64,000 nt of DNA, from the NCBI RefSeq assembly GCF_006345805.1, contig NC_042997.1:81964001-82028000 (forward strand). Reading direction: 5' to 3'. This document shows, piece after piece, positions 34,829 through 52,420 of the stretch. Both the position numbers and the translations under genes were made by a program. How positions within the stretch are numbered: position 1 is the first letter of the stretch; each line of letters starts with the position of its first letter. Source of the DNA: Octopus sinensis (lineage: Eukaryota). The notes below the pieces were generated by a model. That model did not search any database. It had not been told where the DNA came from and worked only from the letters and a program-made list of their open reading frames with translations.

Positions 34829-37800
34829 AGGCGGCGTGTTTGGCACAATAGTTAGCACACCCGGCAGAATGCAAAAATAACTCGTATTACACGAGTAACC
34901 TTTAAAGTGCCTACCACTATTGGGAGTTTTAGAAAATACAAATTGGCTGACCGTCAGTAAGGAGAGACACACAAATAAGAGAGACACACAAATAAGAGAG
35001 AAGAAAGCAAAAGCTCACTAATGAGATCACAAAACTGTGACGAAAGAACTCTGGCCAAATTAAGATTAAAATTAATGTAAATAATAAATAAAGCTGAAAC
35101 AAATTAGCACCAAATATATAGTGCGTGTGTTTTTATTGGCTAAACAGGCAAAATGACTATTACTAAATACAACATTATTATCAGTATCATTAATATTAAT
35201 ATTTAAGACGTAACACAGTATCCAAAATCGTGAATTTTTGATAGAAGATATTGTGTCTACCGGGGGTTTGTATTGTCGGTCACGTTACAACAAGGATCTC
35301 AGAGAGTCAGTATCTGACACAGAATGCGTGCTGTTCCAAGTAATGCCGTGTTTTGCAATATTCCTAGATTGTAGGATATTTCTGAAGTTTCCAGATATTT
35401 CTTCATGTTGTGTGGTATTGAACCCTATGCTCCATGGTAATAGGGACAACCTTTATATTTGACTGTTGTAGCTGCCACAACATGGCGATTTTTATTCCCA
35501 GGTCTCCATATTTATCGATCTCTTCTCTTTCTTTCATATGTTCATCTTGTGGTAGTGACTCTGTTATTCAGTACTCTTGTATTTCCCCCCTAAAGGTTAC
35601 TTTGTCCGGCCTCCGGTACTCTAAGTCAAAGACCCAGAAGATTTCTATTTCCCCCTTTCGTCATTTACGTTTTCTGGTGTATGTTGGTGTCAAGCACCCA
35701 TTATTTCGTATCCATACTTCCGGCATTGTAGCTAGTGAAGGTCCTGCGCTACGTTGTCATGTCTGCGCTTGTACTCGTTCTGCGCAAGACGTTCACAAGC
35801 TTGTGGAAGCGAGTATGTGCGTGTGTGTATATATGTATATATCTAGGTGGAGAAAAACTGGAACGAAGTGACGAACAGGGTAGCCAATCTCACCAAGAAA
35901 TTGGACGAGAGGAAGCTGTTCCTGAAAGGTCGAGCAGAGGGGGAGAATGCGTACATCACATCGGTCACCTACTACCGCTTGACCATTGACCCTTGCCCGT
36001 TACGTTGCCTGAACAAGCTGGTCGGCATACAACTCCGATTTCTGTGGAGGGATCTCGTTCCGCTGGTAAGGTGCTCCATCTGCTGACAGCACCTTACCTT
36101 GTCGACCGGGAGGGGGCGATGGTGATACTGCAGTGCTTTTCTGAAAAGATTTGGATTTGTAAATAAAAGCAATCTTCCTGGATCCAGAAAGTAAGTTAGT
36201 GGTTCTAGATGTGAGCAGCAGTCACGGCGCTACCTTCAAACAGGGGAGGGCGGTCGGATTACTTCAAGTGTCTGGAGGTTTTCCTAGGAACGTCTCGAGC
36301 TTTAGTATTAGTAGGGGATTGAAACGCTGTCTTAGATAAATATTTCGATTGCGTGGAGCTATCAGATAGGAGAGTGGGTTGCAACATCCTAACAAACCTG
36401 CTCAGATGTTTTCAACTGTCTGACAGGTATCGAGTAGATTAACCCATATACCAGGGTTGCAGAATGGCGAAATATAATAATGGAAACATTTTACTAGAAA
36501 TAGACATCTGCTGGTTGGTGGCATGAACAAAATGAATATCCTACAGGCGCGAAAACTGCATAAACAAAACTTTTGCGGGCAGTACTTGGATTTATGGATG
36601 CGAATGGATAGAACAAATTTACCAGATTGCTCCAAACTTCCATGTGGCTGTGGAGGGATGAAATCCGATGTTTCACCTGTGTGGAGACACAAATCATCTC
36701 AAGGCCTTTTTCCCACAACAAAACAGAAAAAAAGAGAGTCCCGCCTTTGCCGACACCACCACCACAACCACACTCAGCAACAGCCCAGCTAATACCGCTG
36801 ACCACTTCAGCTGCAAAAACAACAGTATCATTAGCTTTACCAGTAATCATAGCAGCACCGACCTCATTAACCGTAACAACAACATGAACAAGAGCAGTGA
36901 AGGCAACAGCAGCGAACAGAACAGGGAACTCACGAACATCTAAGTCTTTCACATATCAGACAACAGCGAAAACAACAGCATCAGAATTACCCAATATAAG
37001 AAATTTATTATCAACAGAACAACGGCAAAAATCTCGCAAAGAGATGTTCCACTCATGTTCGTAACAGTCAGACATGTCCTGCAGCCATGGGAACGACGAA
37101 GAGCCTAAATGTCAAAAAGTTAGCAGGTCTGATAAAATAAAAGGAAATAAAATATAGCCATACCAACACAAAACCTGGCAGGTATGATGAGAGCTGGAAA
37201 ATATCTTTGTGAATAAATACAACTAAACAGCTCCCCCCCCAACAGCAGCGTCACCAGTAATGTCAACATCATTCCCATCGATACCATCACCACCACCACT
37301 ATCAAAGACACAACCCTCACGAGCACAACATAATTCACACACACAACTCTCAGATCGCACATTCCAACACCAGCAAATGTCAAACATCATTAACTACACA
37401 GCAATAAGCAAGAACAATAAAGACCTGAAGGAACGCATATATAACCATACAGATAACGCGGCCCAGTTTTATCACATCAACAAATAACGTACCAACGCAC
37501 ATAACAGTTATCCTTAGGATAGTCCGTTTAAATGCACATGATTTGGGGTCGCCTAGGAAACATAGTCATCTACACAGCAACCTCAGATCACAAAGTGTAG
37601 ATGTAGTGGCTCTCAGTGAAGCTAGACTCTGACTGACAATCGTTCATGTCGATTTTCGGTGATTACGCATAGACAGGAGTAGGACAACAAGCCTTTTTCA
37701 TGCGTCTGGGCGTTTTCCTAGGAATTCCTGTTTTAGTGGGGGATTTAAACGCCGTCGTAGAGCCAGAGTTCGACTGTGTGGGGCTGACGGAGGTAAAAGC

Positions 37801-38450
37801 CTCACAAACCTGCTGAGCAATGGGGTCGATGAAATCAACCTACCTCATTTCTCTAAATTGCTGGCCTTGTGCGAAAATTTGAAAGCATTATTGATATTAT
37901 TAGCTGCTGTCGCGTGTAGGACGGATACGGCTATCAGCTGAATTGATAGTGAAGATTGCCCCGCCAACTCCCTTTAACCGGTAGGCGCAGGCAATTTTTT
38001 ATTTATCTGGTGGTTGTAGAGAAAGAGGTAGTGTGGTGGACACGTCTGAAAGGGCTAAAGACAGACACTTTCATCTTTGGCCAAACCCTCAACAACTTCA
38101 AGTCTCACTTGAGAAGGAAAGTGAGGGTGGAAAGGAAATGTTGTCTTCTATCAAATTTGTTGAAATGTAGGTGGATGTTAGATAAATGACTAGTGTGAAC
38201 GGACCAATTCTCAGAATACACCTGTAAAAAGAATAAAAGGAGAAGGGCTCTTGTTCAGTTGATCAGGCACCCGTGGCTTTTGTTGCTTTTTCTACGAGTA
38301 ACTATTAAAGCGCCAATCACTATTGTGAGTTTTACTTGTTACTTCTGGATTGTTATTTAATGTTTACATGAATGTGAAAACCCTTTGTAACGTCTTGTGT
38401 TGTCTTTTATGTAAAATTTATATTAGCCCTTGTATCCCATAAAAGAATAA
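34829..38450. repeat. Compound unit beta, copy 1 (SINE head, partial G, E fragment, Tx1 pieces, block U)
   Basis: Colinear with 61100-64000. Confidence 0.92.
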
Positions 38451-38476
38451 ATTATTATTATTAATATTATTATTTC

Positions 38477-38531
<55 letters not shown>

Positions 38532-38532
<1 letters not shown>

Positions 38533-38834
38533 TATGTTTGACTTTTGCTTTATATTTGTACAAGTTGGCTCCAAGTCTCACCCAGAGACCTCAAGAGACA
38601 ACAGGGTTGGAAGTTCATGTTGTTGTTATGCCTAGTGTGCCATATATTTGGGGGGTGGGGATGTTGTACTAATGAATGTCTAAAAAAAAAAAGGGTTTTG
38701 TTTTTTTTTAAACCGAAAATTATGTTTGTTTTAAACCTTGAGATTACATAGAGAGTATTTTGCGTAGGATATGAGCAGTTCCCATGGGCACTATCTTTTG
38801 AACTTCTGCCATTTTTGGGTTTCCTGGTATCTGA
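38532..38834 (-). mobile_element. Family A 3' end fragment
   Basis: A-type 3' UTR plus QIPGNPKMAEVQKIVPMGTAHILRKILSM. Confidence 0.88.
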
Positions 38835-38929
38835 TGTTTCACCTGTGTGCAGACACAAATCACCCCAAGGCCTTTTTCCCACAAATTATTATTATTATTA
38901 TTATTATAATTATTATTATTATTATTATT

Positions 38930-39372
38930 GTATTGTATTGGCATCCTTTCTGTCTCGGGAGACAATGGAGTTGCGCATTTTTTTTTTTTTTTTTTAGTTG
39001 CTTGCCTGGTGCAGAGGTTGCAGGCCGCTTTTCGAGTCGTACTCTTAGCTCCAAGCACCCAATGGAGCAGGCGGCTTGTGGCGGGTCAGCACCTTATTAA
39101 CTGGGGGCTGCCCAGCTTGAGGTGGGCAGTAGCTAACCAATAGGACATGGAAGTCCCTCCCACCGTCAGAGGTAACCCGTAGCGCCCATATTTAACGCCA
39201 ATCTGAATGGACTTATCACTCGTGACTGTTACCTCCCGTGTTGTTTCTGCAGCTTTTTACAGCAGCACTGAAGTGTCCTCTCCAGTTTTGCGCAGGCCGG
39301 GGCCATAGGTAAGAAAGTCCTGGGTAGCCCAATCGTCAGGTTTCCTCTCTCGACCTTGCTGATGTAGTCCAT
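38930..39372 (+). mobile_element. GC-rich fragment resembling an RTE-clade LINE 5' UTR
   Basis: ttggcatcctttctgtctcgggagacaatgg start and ...gaccttgctgatgtagtcc end resemble RTE/BovB-type 5' UTRs from memory; TTA-flanked; not verified by search. Confidence 0.4.
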
Positions 39373-39426
39373 CATTATTATTACTATTATTATTACTATT
39401 ATTACTATTATTACTATTATTATTAC

Positions 39427-43692
<4,266 letters not shown>

Positions 43693-46600
43693 CTATGTTT
43701 GAGTTTTGCTTTATATTTGTACAAGTTGGCTCCAAGTCTCACCCAGAGACCTCAAGAGACAACAGGTTGGAAGTTCATGTTGTTGCTATGCCTAGTGTGC
43801 CATATATTTTTTTTTGGGGGGGGGGGAGTTTTTGGTGTTGTACTAATGAATGTCTAAAAAAAATATTTAAAAAAAAATTTTTTTTTTCTTTTTTTCTTTT
43901 CCCTCTCCCTTTAAACCGAAAATTATGTTTGTTTTAAACCTTGAGATTACATAGAAAGTATTTTGCGTAGGATATGAGCAGTTCCCATGAGCACTATCTT
44001 TTGAATTTCTGCCATTTTGGGGTTTCCTGGTATCTGAGTTAGGTAGCTATCAGCCCCTTTTGCTATCATTCCCAAGGCACCTATGACAACAGGTATTGTT
44101 TTAGTCTTCAGGTTCCACATTTTGCTGATTTCTATTTCAAGATCTTTATATTTGCTCAGTATTTGGTAGGTCTTGACAGATACGTTTATATCGATTGGGA
44201 CAGTCATAATAATGAGGAAGCATGTTCTTTGTTTGAAGTCTTTCAATATGATGTCTGGCCTATTTGCATCAATCTTTCTGTCAGTTTGAATGGTGAAGTT
44301 CCAGAGGAGTGAGATGTGGTCATTTTCAAGCACTGGGGGTGGTTTGTGTTCCCACCAGATTTTTTCATGGGGCAAATCCAGGATTTTGCAGATTACCCAG
44401 TGAATATATTGTGCAGCTCTATCGTGTCTGTTGAGATACTCTGTAGGCGCTAGAAGACTGCACTTGGAGACCACATGATCAATGGTTTCATTTTGTTGCT
44501 GGCATACACGACACGTTGGACTGTTTCTGATCTTTAATATGTTGGCCTGGTAGTTTCTTGTTGGTAGGCATTGATCTTGAGCTGCTATGATAAACCCCTC
44601 TGTTTCAGATTTTAAGCCAGAGGCCATTAGCCATTGATGGGTTAGGGCTTTGTCAACATCTACATTATTTGCTCTCTTTGGGTATTTGCCATAGAGAGGT
44701 TTTTCTTGCCATTTATCATTCAGAATATCTAAGGCCGTAGATTTAGCACGGGTTTTCATGCGCCTAGCTTTTTCTGTGCCTGTTTATGTATGTCTATCAC
44801 AAATTCCGAAATTTGTTGTATTCGGAATTCACTTAGATATTCCTTTGCCTGTTTTGTGACTGAGTATGATGCTTTCTTGTTTTCATGTTTTGAGACAAGT
44901 TTTAACATCCAGTCCTCAGAGTTTTTCAGGTAGGTGTCTAGGCCAATTGTAGCAATCTTCATTTTTATTGCTAGTTGTAAAAGTCCACGGCCTCCCTCTT
45001 TTCTTGGCAGATAAAGTCGTTCTGTATCTGCCTTAGGGTGGTGCATTCTATGCATTGTCAACAGTTTTCGAATTTTCCTGTCAAGATTATATATTTCAGT
45101 AATTGACCAGTTAACGATAGTGAAACTGTAAGTCACAACTGGTATGGCTAATGCATTGATCGCTTCGATCCTGTTTCTCGCATTCAGCTCTGTCTTGAGT
45201 ATTGCTCTTACTCTGCGATAACATTTTCTCCTGATCCTTTCCTTCATCTCTGAATGCCTTATTCCTTCTCCTTCAATTACCCCTAGATACTTGTAGTTCT
45301 CTGCTGGGTCTAATTCTTTTATGACATTCTGCTGGTCAGGTTTAACGTTAGATGCTTCTGTAATTTTTCCTTTGATAAAGGTAGCTTTTGCACACTTATC
45401 GAGGCCAAATTGCATTCTCATGTCATCACTGAATTGTTTGACATTCGCTAGTAAGCCTTTGAGTTGTTGGTCATTTTTTGCAAAGAGCTTTAAATCATCC
45501 ATGTAAATGAGATGATTTATATTTTTATCAAACATTTTATACCCGTACTGCGCGTCATTGAGCAGTTTTGAGAGAGGTATTAAGGCTAAACAGAATAGGA
45601 GTGGTGATAGTGAGTCACCCTGGAAAATGCCACATGAAATTTTTACATCACCAGCATTTAGAGATTCATCGTCACTGTTCAAAGTCAGTGTGGTTCTACA
45701 TGATCTCATACTTACAGACAAAATGTTTCGCAGAGCAGGTGCTATCTTATACATTTCTAGGCATTTCTTAATCCAGCTATGTGGTAGGCTATCAAAAGCC
45801 TTTTTATAGTCTATCCAGGCTATTGATAAGTTTTTTTTGTCGTTTGTGACAATCTTCTAAGATCATCTTATTGATGAGTAGTTGATCTTTACAACCGTAG
45901 GATCCACGTTTACATCCTTTCTGTTCATTAGGGAATATGCTGCTGTCTGTCAAAAAGCTATAGGTATATTCCGTCAGGACAGATGTTAGTGTTTTATACA
46001 TAGTTGTTAAGCAGGTTATGGGTCTATAGATTTTTGGTTCATTTGTTTCTTCACTTTTTGAAGCAGGAATGTTAACCCATTAACTAGCCAAGGAGGCATC
46101 CTACTAGGGTGTTGCAAAACATCATTGTAAAGTTCTGTTAGCAGTTCATGGCTCTCTGGGAAGGCATCCAACCAAAAGTTAGGGATTTTATCCTTTCCTG
46201 GAGACTTCCATTTGCTTGACCTCCTGAGAGCAGATCTTATATCTTCTACCTTGACACCCTCCCACTTTTGCTCTTCTAAGGGGTCCAGTTCTGTAGATAT
46301 TCTGTCAATCCAGGGGGCCTTTTCGCTGTGTGTCTTTTCTTCTGCCCAAATTTTATTCCAAAATCCCTGCACTTCTTCTTTTGATGGTACAGACTTTACA
46401 GTAACTGTTGTTTTTCCTATCTTCTTGTAAAGTTTTTGGGATTATTTTTAACATGTTGTTGTCCCTGAAGAATCTAACACGCTTTTCATACCTCACTATG
46501 CGGGCAGCTTTAGCAGATACCTTTTGCTTGATGGTTTCTATTGTGGCATCAATATCAAGTATAGTTTTCATGTTATATCTTTTCATTAGTTTTTGGGTTT

Positions 46601-47870
46601 TCGTAGGTTTGGTAGTCTTATGAACCTTAAGGTTTTTCAAATATTCAATGTCAGATCTGTATAGTTTAATTTGTTGTTGCAAACGCTCTTGCCAAGAAGG
46701 CTTTTTGTGGAAATGTTGCCGTTTTCTAATCTTTTCACCACATAGGATCGTTGAGATTTTCGCGGATGGATAGTATAGGTGGTTGAGATCTGTGATATCA
46801 ACATCATTAGCTGAAATTATATCCTTAAGTGCAAGCCGGATTTTACCAATTATTTTCATGTTTTGGTTAGAGTTGCGGATTTTAAGGAGCGTATCACGTT
46901 CATCCATACTGGTTTCTTTAATTTTCAGCCATTCAATCATGATTTGACTTTTTAGCTCATGTAGTTCTGTCGGGTCAATATTTGTGTGACTTTCTTCATC
47001 TATTTGATGTTCATCTGTCTTAGTGTTTATATTTGGTTCAGGGAGTATTTCACTTTGCCTATCACTTATACTAACTCTTTCAATCCTTACTTCATTTTTA
47101 TTAGCTCTGAGCTGGTCTATAATTATTTCCTCTGTATTATCTTCTCTAGCTGCAGCTTCGTTCATTCTATCCGTTACTGCTTGTCTAATTTGATCAATCT
47201 CTACTTCAGTCAGTAATTTTTTTTTTATAATGTTTCTTCTGACGTTGGCAAGTTTGTTACTGTCTATGTAGGGTCTTATTTCAGGGTGTTTCAGTCTCCA
47301 GTTTATGTAGGTTTGTATTGTGTTCGATTTATCTGAGGGGAAATATATGGCATGGTAGAAGGCCGTAAGAACTTCTTTATTATCTTCCCTAGTCCATTTT
47401 TCCTTCTTTTTCTTTTGAGTGTTTGGTGACGAGCATGGATGGCCATCTGTTGGAATATTCCAGTTGCGGGGTACGTCCAGCTCCTGTGTGTCGGGAAGAT
47501 TTGATCCAGTAGCTGATTTTTCAATCAGACTTTGGTTCAATTTTCGGGTACGTGGTCTTTTGTAGTCCGCTCGCCGACCATCGCGGATTGTAGGTTGTTT
47601 TGTTGACATTGAAGCATGACGAGCTTCGACTCTTACATTAAGAGACGGATCTGTCAGTTTAGGATCCTCTGCACGTAAACATTGTTCGTAGCGCAGCTTC
47701 TTAAGGCTAGCAGATCTGTATTCGTCTGTATTTTTGTTGTTGATAGTTTTATCTCCGGGCATAGTTTTCCCTCCTTCTTTTTATTTATTCATTTACTTTT
47801 TTTAATAAAACTTATGAAAGGTTCACTCTGCCTGTATTAGTTCGAAAAAATGAAAATGAAAATACGAGAA
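43693..47870 (-). mobile_element. R4/Dong family A copy A3, full length with a few frameshifts
   Basis: ORF pieces 46353-47762 (KEKWTREDN..NKLANVRRNI), 46016-46372, 45804-46001, 44756-45754 (GIFQGDSLSP, YMDD) and 43947-44759 (CRVCQQQNETIDHVVSKC, RPD, KYKDL); AT-rich 5' UTR. Confidence 0.96.
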
Positions 47871-47894
47871 AAAAAATTAAATAAATAAACAAAC

Positions 47895-48058
47895 AGGAGT
47901 GGCTTGTGGTAAGTAGCTTGCTCACCAACCACATGGCTCCGGGTTCAGCCCCACCGCGCGGCACCTTGGGCAAGTGTCCACCACAGCCTCGGGCCGACCA
48001 AAGCCCCGTGAGTGGGCCCGGCAGACGGAAACTGGAAGAAGCCCGTCGTATATATGTA

Positions 48059-48094
<36 letters not shown>

Positions 48095-48345
48095 TGTATG
48101 TATGTATGTATATGCTTGTGTGTCTGTGTTTGTGTGTCTGTGTTTGTCCCCCCCACCACCGCTTGACACCCGATGCCGGTGTTTTTTCCGTCCCCGTCAC
48201 TTAGCGGTTCGGCAAAATAGAACGATAGAATAAGTACCGGGCTTACAAAAGAATAAGTCCCGGGGTCGAGTTGCTCGATTAAAAATTAAAAAGGCGGTGC
48301 TCCAGCATGGCCGCAGTCAAATGACTGAAACAAGAAAAAGAGTAA
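47895..48345 (+). mobile_element. tRNA-derived SINE with internal (TATG)n microsatellite (octopus-like)
   Basis: ggagtggc..gtggtaagtagc A-box, ggttcagcccc B-box-like, tail ggcggtgctccagcatggccgcagtcaaatgactgaaac. Confidence 0.85.
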
Positions 48346-48610
48346 ACAAACAAAAATAAGAATTATCATCATCACCGTCATCATCATCATCATCATCATC
48401 ATCAATGACATTGTTTTATGTGTAGTCACAGCTGTAGCTTATTATTCTTATTCTTATTCCCACCACCATCACCATCGCCACTGTCAAGTGGTCATGTTCT
48501 ATAAATAGATTCATCATATGGTGGGCAGAGGACATTTTGGGTCAGGGAGAGGTCAAACCTGTTTACTAGTACCAGCGTTATCTTGAAAAGCAATCCAGCT
48601 ATATATATAT

Positions 48611-49502
48611 ATAAGAATAAATGTTTTTATATATAATGAACGTGAAATACAGGAAGGGACGAACACGGAACACAGACAAATCATTCGAAGCCTTCAATCT
48701 TCAGTCAGACACCGAATCATCATAGCAAATTTCGGCTGTTCAATTCTGATATTTGCTCCAACTCGGCCAGCCCCAAGAAAAAAAACTAAGCTGTAAGCAT
48801 TAGATTTCTTGGTAGAAGACAGGAATGTGAACGCACAAGACGGATGTAAATACAAGAGACGAAAACGAAATTGAAAACAGTAATGAAAAAACAAAATATA
48901 TATAACGGTGGTTGTCATACGACTTTAGACCAAATGAGACAAAAACAACAACATAGCAGCTGGCGTAGAAATAATTACCGTTTCGGTAGCGGGGACACAT
49001 GTTGGTCGAGATACGATGGCCAACAGAATGGTTAAGAAGCAGCAGGTTGCAGGAGAGAGAGAGAAAGAGAGACAGAGAGAGAGGGAATCAAAGAGGGTGG
49101 AAGGCAGGGGACAGAATCAGTGACCAAGAGAAAAGGAGAAAGAAGGGATTAAGGAGGATGGGAGGAAGAGGGGAGGAGGATGGGAGGAAGAGGGGGGAAG
49201 AATCGGAGGGCGCCAAAATAGTTTGGTGAAGAAGCAATGGCGGGTAGGAAAGACAGTGTGTATAGAAGTCGTGCAGGGTTTAAAATTGGACAAACAAACG
49301 GGGGGGGTGCACGTAACACCGCAATAATATAAGAATAAATGTTTTTATACATAATGAACGTGAAATACAGGAAGGGACGAACACGGAACACAGACAAATC
49401 ATTCGAAGCCTTCAATCTTCAGTCAGACACCGAATCATCATAGCAAATTTCGGCTGTTCAATTCTGATATTTGCTCCAACTCGGCCAGCCCCAAGAAAAA
49501 AA
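48611..49502. repeat. Near-identical ~175 bp direct repeats (48611-48785, 49329-49502) around a purine-rich spacer
   Basis: ataagaataaatgttttt...ctcggccagccccaagaaaaaaa present twice. Confidence 0.9.
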
Positions 49503-49710
49503 CCCATACACATATGTATATGTATATGTATATTCACACACGCACATTTTCTGATATTTACTCGATGATCATTTTCAAATTTTTGAGTTCAATTGTGTTG
49601 TTGCAATAAAAGTTTACGCTTTTACGTGCATATGTATATGTATATTCATACACGCATATTTTCTGATATTCACTCGATGATTTTTATTATTATTATTATT
49701 ATTTTATTAT

Positions 49711-52185
49711 TCAGTAGTTTTATTTTTATAGCGTGCTTTCACTTCACTACCGAGCACAGCTCTGTGTGCCTTGGGTATGTGCTGTGATTTGTTGTGATGC
49801 TCTGATGGTTATTGTATGGAAAGTGTTCTGCGTAGGATGTGTGCAGTGCCTAGTAGTGCAATTTTCTGTATGTTATATGTGTTTGTAAGTCCTGGTGTTT
49901 TTGTTATGTATTTGTCTGAATATTTTTTATCATGCCTAATGCACCTACTATGATAGGAATTGTTTCTATTTTCAGATTCCACATTCTAGTTACCTCTATT
50001 TCCAGGTCTTTGTATTTTGAGAGTTTCTCCATTTCTTTTAGAGACACGTTGTCATCAGCCGGTATTGATACATCAGTTAGAAAGCATTTTTTTTCTTCAT
50101 GATCTCTGACAACTATATCTGGTCTGTTGGCTTTAATTTCTCTATCTGTGTGTATCGGCATATCCCAGAGTATGGTTGCTTTCTCATTTTCTGTGACCTT
50201 TTCTGGTGTGTGCCTATACCATCTTTTTTCTGTTGTTATTCCATAATGTTGGCATAGCTTTCAATGTATGTAGGTTCCAACTCTGTCATGTCTGTGAATA
50301 TATTCCTTCTTAGCCAGGACTGGGCAGCTAGAGATAAAATGATTTATTGTTTCTTGTCCATCTTCACATATTCTGCAGTTACTTGTAATATTTCTTTTCA
50401 TTACATGTTTTTGGTAATTTCTGGTGGGGAGGCTTTGGTCTTGTGCTGCAATTAAAAATCCCTCTGTTTCTGCTTTGAGTCCTGAGCTTCTCAACCATTG
50501 CTGGGATTTTTCTTTGTCTATTTCTTTTGCGTTTAGTTTAGTCCAGTATTTACCATGAAGGGGCTTTTCTTGCCATCGTTTTATCATGGTTCGTTGCTGT
50601 TCTATTTTTAGTTTGGATTTCATTTGTTTTATAGCCTTTGTTGTTTCTTCATCTTCTTCTTCTTCTTCTTCATGTTTATTAGGTGGTATGATTTCTTGTT
50701 TGTATTTGTCAACTTCCTTAAATACTGAGAACAGTTTTTTGTTTTGCTCGTGTTTTGCCGCTATCTGGATCAGTTTTCCTTCCTGCAGAAGTAGATATTT
50801 TTGCAGTCCTATGGTGGTTATTTCATAGTAGTTTTCCAGCTGTATAAGGCCTCTACCACCTTCTATACGTTGTATATATAGTCTTTCTATGTCAGATTTT
50901 GGGTGATGCATCCTAGATCCTGTCATTATTTTTCTTGTTTTCCTATCTATTTTGGACAGTTCATTTCGTGTCCAGTTAAGGATATTGTAGCTGTAACTTA
51001 TAACTGGGACAGCTAAAGTGTTGATACCTATTATCTTGTTTTTAGCATTGAGCTCTGTTTTTAGTATTGATCTAACTCATCTATAATATTCTTTTTTTAT
51101 TTTCTCTTTCATTTGTGTGTGTTGTGTCTTATCTAGTTCATGGATTCCTAAGTATTTGTAAGTTTGGCTTTGGTCTAATTCTTTTATTTCATCAGTTTTA
51201 TCTTGTGTGATGTTGTTACTCTTAAATAGTTTTCCTCTTTTCATGGTTACTTTGGCGCATTTTTCTAATCCAAATTTCATATCTATTTCTTTAGTAAATC
51301 CATGAACTGTCTTTAATAGTGTTTCCAGCTGTTTGTCATTTGCAGCGTATAGTTTTAGGTCATCCATATATAAAAGGTGGCTGATCGTTTTGCCGTAACA
51401 TTTATATCCGCATCCAGTTCTGTTTAGCATATCAGATAGAGGTGACAGTGCCAAGCAGAAAAGGAGTGGAGAGAGCGTGTCTCCCTGGAATATTCCTCTT
51501 CTAATGGGGATGTCTTTGGTTTTCATGAGTCCCTCTTTTGTTTGGAGGTGTAGGACTGTTTGCCATTTATTCATAGAGTGCTCTATGAATTTTATGATTG
51601 TTGGTGCTACTTTGTTAATGGCTATTGTTTCGAGGATCCATGTGTGGGGGATGCTATCAAACGCCTTTTTGTAGTCAATCCAGGCCATACAGAGGCCTTT
51701 CTTCTTTCTGTGGCTGTCTTCAGTTATGGCTTTATTAATCATTAGTTGATCTTTACAGCCATATGAGCCTTTGCGGCATCCTTTCTGCTCTTCTGGGAAC
51801 AGTTTGTTTTCGTCCAGGTGCTTGTTCAGCCTTTGCGATATCACTGCAGTAAATGCCTTGAACATAGTAGGGAGGTAGGTTATTGGTCTGTAGTTTTCTG
51901 GTTTTTCTGTTTCATTTGATTTCGGAATTAAGATGGTTTTCACCTTCGTGAGCCATTCAGGCATTGTCTCTGGCTCTGCTAGTATGTTGTTAAAGTTTAC
52001 AGCCAGCTTTTTGTGCATTCCTGTTAGATATTTCAACCACAAGTTGGGGATCTTGTCATGCCCAGGTGCCTTCCAGTTGCTTAGTCTTTGCAGTGCCTGG
52101 GTGATCACTTCAGTTGTTATGGGTGTCCAAAGTTGTTCAGTTGCCGAGTTTGTTATTTTGATACTCTTTTTTTTGGTTGTTCGTT
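49711..52185 (-). mobile_element. R4/Dong family C copy C2, 5'-truncated
   Basis: ORFs 51077-52108 (RT, YMDD), 50261-50926 (CRICEDGQETINHFISSC) and 49904-50161 (RLE). Confidence 0.95.
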
Positions 52186-52326
52186 AGATAGCATTCTCTC
52201 CTGATCCTTTCCTTCATTTCTGAATGCCTTATTCCGTTCTCTTCAATTACCCCTAGGTACTTGTAGCTCTCCGCTGGGTCTAGTTCTTTTATGACACTCT
52301 GCTGGTCAAGGTTAACGTTAGATGTT
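52186..52326 (-). pseudogene. Family A RT remnant fused to the 5' end of C2
   Basis: Matches about 19775-19915 and 54615-54755 (NLDQQ.VIKELDPAESYKYLG..E.NGIRHSEMKERIRREC). Confidence 0.85.
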
Positions 52327-52356
52327 TGGTTATTATTATTATTATTATTATTATTA

Positions 52357-52420
<64 letters not shown>

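Noticed and set aside
39095-39145. A complete HDV-like ribozyme call
   Set aside because: Only a P4-like hairpin plus GCTAA could be seen; P1, P1.1 and P3 could not be assigned, so it is kept only as a lead
47762-47880. 5' self-cleaving ribozyme on full-length A3
   Set aside because: The 5' UTR is AT-rich with no HDV-like or hammerhead fold visible
47895-47970. tRNA gene
   Set aside because: Only A/B-box-like SINE heads are present; no complete cloverleaf, and the SINE body follows directly
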